Source: an uncultured Gemmatimonadales bacterium | Lineage (GTDB): Bacteria; Gemmatimonadota; Gemmatimonadetes; Gemmatimonadales; GWC2-71-9 | Direction of reading: 5' to 3' | Length of the DNA stretch: 64,000 nucleotides | Assembly: GCA_963825815.1 (NCBI GenBank) | Contig: CAWGVB010000008.1 | Coordinates: 10,444-74,443, forward strand | Part shown: one piece after another, positions 22,001 through 32,422 of the stretch | Layout of the letters: every line of letters begins with the position of its first letter | How positions within the stretch are numbered: position 1 is the stretch's first letter | Notes under the pieces: model-generated | Database searches by the model: none | What the model was told of the DNA's origin: nothing | Seen by the model: only the letters and a program-made list of their open reading frames with translations | Program-made: the position numbers and the translations under genes

Positions 22001-23359
22001 TCATGCTGCCCGCTCGAGCGCACGGTCCAGCACGTCCAGTGCAAAGTCGACGTCCTCCTCGGTAATGCAGAGCGGTGGTTTAATCCGCAGCACGTTTCCG
22101 TCCAGCCCACCCTTGCCCATCAGCACTCCCATCTCCCGGGCAGCCTCAAGCACTTCGAGCGTCGGTCCCGAAGCCGGAGCGCCGGTGACCGGGTCGGCCA
22201 GTTCTACACCGAGCATGAGTCCCAGTCCTCGCACGTGACGCACCAGCCGGTGCCGCCCTTGAAGTTTCTGCAAACCTTCCAGAAACCGGCCGCCCACCAC
22301 TCGCGCGTTCTCCTGCAGATTCTCCTCATCGATGACATCGAGCACGGCGAGCCCCGCGGCCATGGACACGGGATTGCCGCCGAAGGTATTGAAGTGGATT
22401 CTCCGGGTCAGGGCCTCCGCGATCTCCCGTCGGGTGGTTACCGCGGCCAGAGGCATTCCGTTGCCGATGCCTTTCGCCATGGTCACGATGTCGGGTACCA
22501 CGCCGTAGTTCTGGAATCCCCAGTAGTGCGCGCCGGTCCGGCCAAATCCGGTTTGCACCTCGTCGGCAATACACAGCCCACCATACTCCCGGGCTATCGC
22601 GTAGGCCTCGCGGAAGTAATTGGAAGCGCCCCGGGTCACTCCCCCGACGCCCTGAATTGGCTCGGCGATGTACGCCGCGATCGCCCCTGGCGTAGAAAAC
22701 CGGATCAACTCCCGGATATCCGCCGCTGCCCTGGAGGCGATCTCCTCCGGCGTGCCGGTCAGCATCGTGCTCGAGGGATCGGGCGAAAGAGAGTGATGTA
22801 CCCCGGCCGGCCCGGGAAGGGGATACTTCCAGGTGTGGTGTGAGGTCATTCCCAGCGAGCTGGGCGAGCCGCCATGGTAGGCGTTTCGGACTGCGATCAC
22901 ATCGAGGTTGCCGGTGTAGAGCCGCGCGAGGGTGACCGCCAGATCGTTTGCTTCACTCCCGCTGTTGACGAAGTAGGTCACATCCAGCCCGGGCGGCATC
23001 TTCGAGGCGAGCTTTTGCGCCAGGAGTGGAAGATTGGGGTGCAGGTAGATGGTGGTGGTGTGCTGCAGAGCATTCATCTGCTCCTGCATTCGGCGTAACA
23101 CCTTGGGATGGCAGTGGCCGCAGGAAACCGTAACGATGCCGGCGAAGAGATCGAGGTACCGCCGGCCGGTTTCGTCGAAGAGGTACTGCATCTTGCCTTC
23201 GACAATCATCAGTGGATCGCGATACAGCGTGAATACCGCGGGGTTCACGTACTGCTGCCGGAGGGCCAGCACCTCCTCGCGAGAAGGCCCGGTGTATGGC
23301 TTGGGCGTATAGTCGAAGGCCGGCATTGGTACCGGCCGGGTAATCACGTCGGTCGTCAT
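22001..23359 (-). CDS. class III (omega/beta-alanine-pyruvate type) aminotransferase
   Basis: Intact 452-aa ORF with motifs GSEANDLAV, CIADEVQTGFGRTG and PDIVTMAKGIGNG (PLP lysine). Confidence 0.9.
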   Translation of the reverse strand: MTTDVITRPVPMPAFDYTPKPYTGPSREEVLALRQQYVNPAVFTLYRDPLMIVEGKMQYLFDETGRRYLDLFAGIVTVSCGHCHPKVLRRMQEQMNALQHTTTIYLHPNLPLLAQKLASKMPPGLDVTYFVNSGSEANDLAVTLARLYTGNLDVIAVRNAYHGGSPSSLGMTSHHTWKYPLPGPAGVHHSLSPDPSSTMLTGTPEEIASRAAADIRELIRFSTPGAIAAYIAEPIQGVGGVTRGASNYFREAYAIAREYGGLCIADEVQTGFGRTGAHYWGFQNYGVVPDIVTMAKGIGNGMPLAAVTTRREIAEALTRRIHFNTFGGNPVSMAAGLAVLDVIDEENLQENARVVGGRFLEGLQKLQGRHRLVRHVRGLGLMLGVELADPVTGAPASGPTLEVLEAAREMGVLMGKGGLDGNVLRIKPPLCITEEDVDFALDVLDRALERAA

Positions 23360-23374
23360 CGTGTCGATCCTGGG

Positions 23375-24857
23375 TTAGGCGCTCCACCTGGTGGTCGTTT
23401 TCTTTGAGCGGGTCCAGAACTCAATGGAGCCGTGTCCGGTAATGTCACCGGCACCAAACTTGGATTCGTTCCAACCACCGAAGGAAAACGGCTCTCGCGG
23501 CACCGGTACCCCAACGTTGATCCCGATCATTCCGGCCGATGCGCGTTCGGCTACCTCCCGCGCCAGTGCGCCCTGCTGGGTGAACACCGATGCCGCATTG
23601 CCATAGCGCGAGGCATTCTCCACGGCGAGCGCCTGATTCAAATCCTCGGTGCGGATGATGGCCAGCACCGGACCGAACACCTCCTCCTGCGCTATGGCCA
23701 TGTCCGGCCGCACGTGGTCCAGAATCGTGGGGCCGATCCAGAATCCCCTTTCCTTGCCGGGAACCCGGAGGTTGCGCCCGTCGAGCAGGAGGGTGGCACC
23801 GGCGGACACAGCCTGATCGATCGAGCGGCTGATCCGATCGCGGGCCTCCCGAGAGATGACCGGACCGATGTCCCGGCCGGGCACGAGGCTCCGCGCCTGT
23901 TCCACCAGCTTGCCGACAATGTGATCCGTCTCCGAGACCGCCAGCATGACCGACCCCGCCATGCAGCGCTGACCGGTGCATCCGGACATCGAGGCCACCA
24001 CGTTCGATGCCGTGAGCGCCGGATCGGCATCCGGCAGGACGAACAGATGGTTCTTGGCCCCGCCCAGGGCCAGAGCTCGCTTCAGGCTTGCGGTGGCTCG
24101 ACGGTACACCAGCTTGGCAACCCGAGTGGAGCCAACGAAGCTCACCGAGGCAATTCCGGGATGATCACAGATTGCCTCCACAACTTCTTGCGCCCCGTTC
24201 ACCACGTTGAACACTCCGGCCGGGAGCCCAGCCTCAGTCAGCAGCTCGGCGATCCTCCCGGCACAGAGCGGGACCAGCTCCGACGGCTTGAGGATCATGC
24301 AGTTGCCCAGCGCGATCGCATTGGGAATGGTCCAGTGGGGTACCATGATGGGAAAGTTGAACGGCACTATCGACGCAACGACCCCAACCGGATAGCGATC
24401 GATCCGGCATTCGATCCCGCGGCTCACCTCCAGCACCTCGCCGGTGGCAATCTGCGGAAGCGAGCAGGCGAACTCGGTCAGCTCGATCGCCTTCTGCTAT
24501 TTCCGCCTCGGCCTCGCTCCGAATCTTCCCGTGCTCTTCGCTGATCAGCGCCGCCAGCTCGCCCAGGTTCTGCTCCAGTAGCGCTGCGATAGCGGTAGAA
24601 GACCTGGACCCGCTCCTTGATGCGGCGTGCGTGCTCCAGGCGGGAAACGCAGCCGCCGCGGCCTCGATCGCTGCCGCCAGGTCAGAGGTGGACGAGAGTG
24701 GCACATGAGAGAGAAGGCTCCCGTCACTCGGGTTTACGACTTCGAGTTGAGATCCTGCTCCGCTCGACACGAAGCGGCCGCCCACAAAATTGCGGACGGT
24801 CGGGTACCTGGTGCGGGGCTCAAGTGGCGCGGAAGTCTCGGTGGCGCTCGAAGTCAT
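23375..24857 (-). pseudogene. mmsA: CoA-acylating methylmalonate-semialdehyde dehydrogenase, at least 3 frame breaks (24500-24640)
   Basis: ORF 24234..24872 (MTSS..VRNFVGGRFV..) passes through shifted pieces (RRIKERVQVFYRYR; IELTEFACSLPQIATGEV). It joins ORF 23375..24436 (..FPIMVPHW.., ..GQRCMA..). Confidence 0.85.
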
Positions 24858-24933
24858 CGGTCTCCAGGGCAAGACGTTTCCCTAGTATACATCGCCGTAA
24901 GGTCTTGATTTTCGGGATTTCTTCGGGTACTGT

Positions 24934-26206
24934 GTGCTCAGTCGGATGGAGGAGCACATGAATCTCGAAGAAAAGCTGGACCTGCTGATGTCCCTGGCCG
25001 CAGACGACCGGGAGGGCTTGCCGCCCCGGCTTCAGCACACCAAAGACGTGGGCGCCCTTCGTCCCCTCAACATCCGGCATCTGCGGCCCCTGCCTGGCAC
25101 CCGGATGTCGCTGCTCCGCATTCTCATGACCAACGCGTGCAGCTACAACTGTCACTACTGCCCTATGCGGCGAGATCGGCCCATGCCCCGCACCCTGCTC
25201 AAGCCGGAAGAGCTGGTGCGCATTTTCCTGGCGGCACATCAGCGCGGATGGTGCGAAGGACTATTCATCACCACCGGCATTCCCGGGCGCCCGGTCAAGA
25301 TCATGGACGATCTGATTCAGGTGCTGGAGCTGCTGCGCGAGCGCCACCGCTTTGCCGGATACATCCATGTAAAGCTGGTCGCCGGCGGTGAAACCGATCA
25401 GATCGATCGGCTCACCTCACTCGCCAGCCGCATCTCGCTCAACTTCGAGACGCCCTGTGGCAGCAGCCTGGCGCAGATCGCGCCGGAAAAGAGCTTCGCC
25501 ACAACGTTGAACAACTACGAACGGGTCAGACAGCTGATTGTCCAAGAGCGGGAGGCTCAGGCGTACGGTAAGCCAAGAGACCCGCTGCATCCCGGCGGGA
25601 CGGCGGGGATGACGATTCAGTTCGTGGTTGGGGCCACCACCGATACCGACCAGACGCTGCTGAACACCATCAGCGGATTGCGCGCCGGCGGCGGCCTTCA
25701 CCATCCACATTTCAGCGCCTTTCGCCCAATCAGCGACACTCCTCTGGAAAACGCGCGGGCCGCGCCGGCGCTGCGGGAGCATCGCCTGTACCAGGCGGCG
25801 TACCTGATGCGCGACTATGGGTTCGCGCCTGACGACGTGGTATACGCCGAAAGCGGCAATCTTCCACTGGCTCAGGACCCCAAGACCGCCTGGGCGCTGC
25901 AGCATCCCGAGGTGTTCCCGGTCGAAGTAACCACTGCCCCACCCGAATCGCTGTTGCGGGTGCCTGGCATCGGTCCCACTGCTGCTCGCCGTATCGTCGC
26001 CGAAAGGGCCAGGGTCTCATTCAGGAACTTGCGAGATCTTCGGAATCTGGGGGTGGTCACCACCCGGGCGGGCAGGGTTTCTCACCCTGCGGGGACGGCG
26101 GCTGCAGTCAGTTCGCTGGAGCGAGCAGCTGGGGTTCTGGGCCCCGGAGGAGGATGTCGGGAATCCTCACATTGTTTATCAGGTCAGTCCCGGCACCTTT
26201 CGTTAA
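24934..26206 (+). pseudogene. putative DNA modification/repair radical SAM protein (TIGR03916-like) with C-terminal HhH, one frame break near 26065
   Basis: Motifs LLRILMTNACSYNCHYCPMR (CxxxCxxC) and LLRVPGIGPTAARRIV. The shifted tail ..AGFLTLRGRRLQSV..VSPGTFR* ends at TAA 26204-26206. The start could be 24934, 24946 or 24958. Confidence 0.75.
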
Positions 26207-26209
26207 GGG

Positions 26210-26497
26210 TCAGCCGGACTGTCCGGCGGGAGCCTGCTGCCACCGCCGCAGCTTGGGAATCTCCCGGGTAAACCGACGAGCCACCAGGCTGGGCAGGTGC
26301 ATCTCGCGGAGCTTTCCCTCGACCCGGGCCATCATTTCGTTCACCGACATGTTGGGCTCGGTGAACTTGCCCTCCTGAAGACAGTGGCTGCAGTACTCGG
26401 TGCTCCGGGTTCCGTCGGCATTGCTGCCTCCGCCGGCAGGGTCCCGGTTGAGCGGCATGCCGCAGCTCTGACAAAACGGCCCTTTAGGACCGAGCAT
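26210..26497 (-). CDS. zinc-ribbon domain protein
   Basis: MLGPKGPFCQSCGMPL..YCSHCLQEGKF (CxxC..CxxC). The ORF-track start at 26524 is probably an upstream alternative. Confidence 0.6.
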   Translation of the reverse strand: MLGPKGPFCQSCGMPLNRDPAGGGSNADGTRSTEYCSHCLQEGKFTEPNMSVNEMMARVEGKLREMHLPSLVARRFTREIPKLRRWQQAPAGQSG

Positions 26498-26693
26498 ATC
26501 CGAACCCTCTCTCCTGCTGGTCACGCTCCCGCGGCATTCGCGGCGGGTAGTCCAAAATTATCGATTGATTCTCGGCACCGTTAGACCTCCCAAGGGAGGT
26601 GAAGGATTGCAACGCTTTGGCCGAACTCTCTATCCAAGCTCGCAATCACCGAGGCCGCGGGCATCCGGAATGCCACAGCTCGAGAGCCAAGCC

Positions 26694-27971
26694 ATGCACA
26701 AACCAAGTCTGGTCGCCAGCATCACTGCCCTTCTCCTGCTCGGCTGTACGGCGACCCCCATGCCGGCCCAGGAGCATCACCCGGATTACGATGACGTCGA
26801 CCCCTGGGTCGGCTTCCAATCCCCCGAGCCGGCTGCAGACTCGGCCGAGCGTATCGCGATTCCTCCTGGCTCTGGCCGCCAGCGACCCTCTCGTATGTCA
26901 GTTGGCTGGAAGCTCGATCGGCAACCACTGGGGCCCGGGTGATCGATGACCGGCAGATCGGCGTACTGGCCGGTGAAACCACCTTGAGTCACGAACGGGA
27001 TGCATTGGGCCGATCCATCACCGATCCAGCCGCCCTCGCTCTTCTCTCCAGCACCCTGTCCGCTCCGAATCTCTGCGTCCGGCGTGCCGCCGCGCGTCTG
27101 CTGGGTAACAGCAACACGGACGAAGCCGTTCGCCGGCTCCGGGCGGCGCTTCAGCTCCAAGGATCCACGGGTGCGCGAGGCCGCGGCGCTGGGCCTGGCG
27201 GATGCGGAGGATCCCGCTTCGCTGCACGATCTCACCCAGGCGCTCAAGGACAGCGACCAATCGGTGATTCGGATGGCTGCGTATGCCCTGGGAGAGTTGG
27301 AGGATGCGCGGGCGGTCAAGCCGCTGGGAGACCTGTTGGGATCCAAGGACGCACCGACGAGAGCCACGGCGGCCTGGGCGCTGGGTCAGATAGAGGACAT
27401 TCGCTCGGCGCAGCGACTCGCATCGCTGGTCAAGGACGGGAGCCCTGAGGTGCGGCTGGCGGCCGTAGAGGCACTGGGGGAGATAGAAGACTATCGGGGG
27501 ACCGGAGCTCTCATCGATGCCCTGAAAGACCCCGATGTGCGCGTGCGCCGGGCCGCAGCCGAGGCCCTGGGAGACGTGGAGGATCAAAAGGCTGCAGGCG
27601 CGCTGGAGAAAGCGCTGGAAGACAAGGATCCAGTGGTGCGCCGGCTGGCGGCCCAGTCGCTGGGCGAGCTGGACAACCTGAAGCGGGCGCCGGGACGGTT
27701 GGTCGCGGCCCTGACCGACCGCGACCAGCAGCTGGCCATACTGGCGGCCAGGTCACTGGGAGAGATCGGAGACACCACGGCCGTTCCCGCGCTCGCAACG
27801 GCATACCGGAGCGACAATCCTCGAATGCGCTATTCCGTGGTTGCCGCCCTGGCCGACCTGGAGGACAGCAGAGGAAACGAGGTGCTCAGCGTGGCCAGGA
27901 AAGACCCCGATCAGGCGGTCCGCCACAAGGCATCGGAGGCCCTGCACGACCGGGAGGACGATGACGACTGA
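26694..27971 (+). pseudogene. HEAT-repeat (PBS-lyase type) lipoprotein, about 3 frame breaks in the first 500 nt
   Basis: MHKPSLVASITALLLLGC lipobox. I stitched through ORFs 26565, 26599, 26939 and 27000. It carries at least 7 repeats of ..VR.AAA.ALG.I.D..A...L...L.D... Confidence 0.7.
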
Positions 27972-28070
27972 TTGAGTCCGGCAGGCCCCGAGGGTCATGG
28001 AATTCAGCTCACCGTCCGATACTGGTGATGCGAAGTCCCCATCCCCCAGGCCTTAGATCTCGAGAGCGGT

Positions 28071-29568
28071 ATGCGAGTTCGCGGACTCACCACTGCCCTG
28101 CTGTTCCTGACCGCGCCGGCCACCATCGTGGCGCAGGCACCAGGATCCTTTGAGCTGACCGGTTTTGGCCGCTACACCCGGTACGACAGCACCCTTGCCA
28201 TCCAGGAAGGGGCCAGCGGAGGTGGATCGCTCGGCTTCTATCCGATTCGAAATCTCGCCATCGAGGCCGAGGGAGCCTACACGAAATCCCACAGCACGGT
28301 CACCGGGATTGGCATCACCAACATCCCGCTTCGGGGCCGGCTTACCTACCATATCCCGCTCGGCGGCTTCTCCTCAGCGCTTCGGATTGGGGCAGGTTAC
28401 ATCCACAACCTGTACCGCGACGGTGTCAGCTTCGACGATCCTGGTTTCACCGGGGTGCTCGGTCTCCGCTGGGGACTCAGCCCCAGCTTCGGCTTCAGGG
28501 TGGACGGTACCGCCGATTACATCAGAAACCCCGATGCCAACCGGACCAACGAGTACATCAACTGGGGTGCCCAGGTCGGCTTGACCCTGCGGGTCGGAGG
28601 CAAGTCTGGTGGACCCAAGGATCACGACAAGGATGGAGTGGCGGATCTCAAGGACAGCTGCCCCAACACGGTCACGGGTAAGGCGGTGGATGCGTACGGC
28701 TGCGCCTCCAACCAGAAGGATGCGGATCGGGACGCAGTGAACGACGAGATGGACCGCTGTCCCGATACCGGCGCCGGCGAACCGGTCGACACCGACGGTT
28801 GTGCCGCCAGCCAGAAGGACGACGACAAGGACGGAGTGTCCGACCTGGTCGACCAGTGCGCCAATACGTCCGCCGGCCGAGACGGCCAATAGCAGCGGCT
28901 GCGCGCCCAGCCAGCGGGACAACGATCAGGACGGCGTGTCCGATGCCACCGACCAGTGCCCCAATACTCCAGCCGGCGACGCGGTCAATTCCCGCGGCTG
29001 CTTCATGGAGCGGGATACCGATGGGGACAACGTTCCGGACGGTAGGGATCGCTGCCCCAACACACCGGCAGGTGTAACGGCGGACGCGAACGGCTGTACC
29101 ATCGTGATTGCGGATGAGCGGGATACCGACGGCGACGGCGTGCCCAACAGCCGGGATCGTTGCCCCGACACACCGAAGACCGATGCCGCGGATGCGAACG
29201 GGTGCACCATCCTGTTCCACAAGGGAACCCGGAGCGTCATTCTTCGCGGCGTGACCTTCCTGCCCGGCCGGGCGACGCTCACGCCCGAAGCGCGGGAGAT
29301 CCTCCGCGACGTGGCCAGCCAGCTGGTGGAGAATCCGCAGTACAAGGTTCAGGTGTCGGGTCACACCGATATTCGGGGCACCCGAGCCAGAAATCTGCGG
29401 CTGTCGCTGGCGCGGGCCCGTACGGTGGAGACATTCCTCGAGGCCAATGGCGTTCCGCCGACTCAGGTTACCGCGAAGGGCTTTGGCCCGGATGTGCCGA
29501 TCGCGTCGAACAAGACGGCCGCCGGCAGAGCCAAGAACCGCCGGGTGGAGCTGAATCGGACCAACTGA
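28071..29568 (+). pseudogene. OmpA-family outer-membrane protein with thrombospondin type-3 Ca-binding repeats, one frame break near 28875
   Basis: It has a signal peptide and an 8-strand-like N-terminal barrel. It also carries repeated DxDxDGVxDxxDxCPNTP units and a C-terminal OmpA domain (..VSGHTDIRGTRARNLRLSLARA..NRRVEL). Confidence 0.85.
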
Positions 29569-29605
29569 TCCACAACTGACTCACCACAGAGGCACAGATA
29601 CACAG

Positions 29606-29640
29606 AGGACACAGAGAATTCATCTGTGTCCTTTGTGTTT
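29606..29640 (+). terminator. rho-independent-type terminator after the OmpA gene
   Basis: Perfect 10-bp stem AGGACACAGA / TCTGTGTCCT with loop GAATTCA, followed by TTGTGTTT. It lies 38 nt after the TGA at 29566-29568. Confidence 0.6.
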
Positions 29641-29778
29641 CCGGCTATCCGACTCAGCAACTGGACCGTACAATATGGTGAAGCTGCTCACCACATCCCC
29701 GTTTGCCGGATACACCGCCACGCCTAGCCGGAGATCCCGCCATGAGACGCAAAGGCCGGAGCGCGGTTCCGTACACGC

Positions 29779-30945
29779 TTGCAGTTGGAGCGCATCAGCA
29801 TCCTCTATCTCGATCACCCGACGCTTCAAACAAGCCGCAAGCCGGTGCCACTCCCGCGAATCTGCCGCGGGTGCTGGCAGCGAGCCGGTCCATCGTGCCC
29901 TCTCTCGGTGGGAAAACAGGTCAAGGCGGTGCAAGCTTTTCGCGAGATGATGCCGGTCTTTCGCCACCCGCGCTGCATCAACTGCCATGGCGCGTTCGAC
30001 ATCGCGTCGGAGGCGCATGAGGGTTCGGAGGTCGTACAGAAGTCCGGGCTGGACCCACAAGCGCTACTGACGGCTCAGGAGCGGAAGAAGTTGCACGAGT
30101 CCTGTGGAAGCTGTCATGACAACATTGAAGGTCACTTGGTCAGGCGCCAGCTTCACGACAGCGTTGATCGAGGGGTGGCTGATTGCTCCGCCGCCTATGC
30201 GCTGGACCGGAAAAAATGACGACAAGCTGTGCATGCTGATGAAGCGATTTGAACCAACCGGCGAGCAGTTCGTTGACCACCTCGAAACCGATCACAGGGA
30301 AATCCAATTCATCAAGGCGGCCTTCCACGGCGATCGAGCGTTGGGGGCTGCGCTCAAGGGCAAGCCTGAGCCGCCACCGGGCACCCAGGCGGACCTGGTG
30401 GAGAAGGCTCGGAAGTGGACGAACCTTGTCGGTAAGGAGGGATACACGGCCTCACCCGAGTGTGGCTGCGTCATGCCCAAGATCAAGCTCAAAATTCACC
30501 ACACTTGGCTTTTCGAGGTTCCCGGCGGGCTGCCCTCCAGGCAATCCTCGCAGGCCTTGTTTGAAGTGAGTCTCCAACCGGTGAAGGACCGGCCGGGTTA
30601 CTCGGAGGGAGAGTTCTCGTTGAACCGGCGAATTGATATGACCTTGCCGCGGAACTGTAGCGGAAGCGGCAACGTCAAGGAACGCTGGCTGCTGAAGGCC
30701 CTCATGGATCCCAAGTCCGGATCGGTGACGATATGGCACACTCAGCTCGATGAGGAGCCGACCGGCCAGATCGAATGCCGACAAGGAGGCGGGACGGGCA
30801 AGATGGGCATCGACCCCGGGGTGCTGGCCGGTACCCTCGGCGCCGGCGAGATGGTGATACCGGCGGATTCGACCAGCAAGAAGGTGGAGGCGTCGGAATT
30901 CGACACCAAGGAGTCACTCACCATCACCATTCTGGAGGTGCCTAG
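29779..30945 (+). pseudogene. hypothetical protein with two CxxCH motifs (ORFan, AT-richer than surroundings); at least one frame break near 30135; both ends uncertain
   Basis: ORF 29779..30219 (..FRHPRCINCHGAFD.., ..HESCGSCHDNIEG) continues in ORF 30104..31147 (..SGASFTTALIEGWLIAPPPMRWTGKNDDKLCMLMKRFEPTGEQF..). I found no signal peptide in any frame. The in-frame stop would be at 31147, inside the convergent efflux gene. Confidence 0.4.
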
Positions 30946-30977
30946 CCGCCCAATGAAGCCGATGCTGCGTGGCTGTT

Positions 30978-32422
30978 TTACTGTTTCTTTTCGCCACCGG
31001 CTGCCGGCCAGCTGCCGCCCAGCGCCTTGTATAGCGCCGCATACGCCGTCGCCGCATCGGTCCGGCTCTGCGCCAGCTGATCCTGGGCTTCGAGCTGAGT
31101 CCGCTCGGCATCGAGCACCTGCAGAAAGTCGGCGACTCCGCCGGTGAACCGCAATCTCGCCAGCTCCGCGGCCCGCGCGCTCGCGTCGGCCGCGTCCCGC
31201 AACCGGTCCAGCCGGCTGCGGGCGGTCCGATAGCGAACCAGCGAGGTCTCGACGTCCTGCAGAGCGCGGAGCACGGTAGCATCGTACTGCGCCTGAGCCT
31301 CGCTCTCCCGGGCGCGTGACTGGTCCACCCTGGCCTTGACCCTTCCCAGATTGAGCGCCGGCCACGAAATGATCGGACCGACCGCATACCGGAATGTCCC
31401 CTGGTCTCCCAGCGCGTCGAACTGGCTCGAGGCGTACCCGGCACTGCCACCAAGGCTGAGGCGCGGGAGGTAATCTGCCTTAGCCGCCCCCACCAGCGCT
31501 CGCTCCACCGCAACCTGGCGTTCCGCGGCAGCCACATCCGGCCTGCGCCGGATCACCGAGTCCGGAGTAGAGATGCCGGTGAGATCAGGGAAGTCCGGCA
31601 GGGGCGCCGGTTTCTCCAGCTCCGCCGCAACCGCGGCGGGGGAGCGCCCCACCAGCACGCCGATCTGATACTGCGCCTCACGTACTCGCGATTCGAGATC
31701 CGGGAATCGACGCCAGCGTGGTGCTGAGCTGCGCCTGCGCCCGCTCGGTATCGAACGCGGTGCCCCGCCCGGCCTCAAGCCGCTCTCGGGTCAGGCCGAA
31801 GGTCCGGCGCTGATTCTCCGCGTTCCTGACCGCTACCGCGAGTTGCTCCTGCGCTCCCCGCAGATCAAAGTACGCTCGCGCCAGCTCGGCGGTGAGGGAG
31901 ATCTGGACGAACCGAAGGTCCTCCTGGTTCGCCTCGACCAACGCTCCCTGCGCCTGCACGTTGTGTCGCACCCTGCCGAAGAGATCCAGCTCCCATGACG
32001 CATCGAATCCACCATCCCAGATGTTCTGATCGGGAAACCGCTGAGAGCCGATTGCGACGGGGAATTGGGCCCCCGACAGGCGCTGCCGGGTGTAGCTCGC
32101 GGCAAATGTCACCGTCGGAACGAAGTCCAGCTTCGCTTCCGTCCGCGCTGCCCGCGCACCGCGTACCCGCGCCTCGGCCGCCTGGACATCCAGGTTGGCG
32201 CGAGCCAGCTGATTGATCAGTCGGGTCAGCGTAGTGTCTCCCAGGTCCGGCCAGTTCAGCAGCCACGGCACTGTCCGAGGGGGCCGCCGCGACGGCGATC
32301 GTGGTATCCCGGGTCTCCCGGAAAGCCGCCGGCGGCGGGACATCTGAGGCTCGATAGCCTGGCGCAGAGGCACAGCCCAGAGCCGGCAGAACCAGCGAGG
32401 AAAGCAATGCCGCCTTACGCAT
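30978..32422 (-). pseudogene. RND efflux outer-membrane factor (NodT/TolC family lipoprotein), 2 frame breaks
   Basis: MRKAALLSSLVLPALGC lipobox lies in ORF 31865..32437. Sense continues in ORF 31678..32373 and then ORF 30978..31778 (..ALYKALGGSW..). Confidence 0.8.

Noticed and set aside
28600-29200. Repetitive DNA in the OmpA gene
   Set aside because: The repeats are at protein level (thrombospondin type-3 Ca-binding units, DxDxDGVxDxxDxCPNTP) and belong to the coding sequence. They are not a non-coding repeat or mobile element.
29620-30060. 146-aa minus-strand ORF in the AT-richer stretch
   Set aside because: It has no motif or start context, and the plus strand carries the CxxCH-containing sense. 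I cannot fully exclude it.
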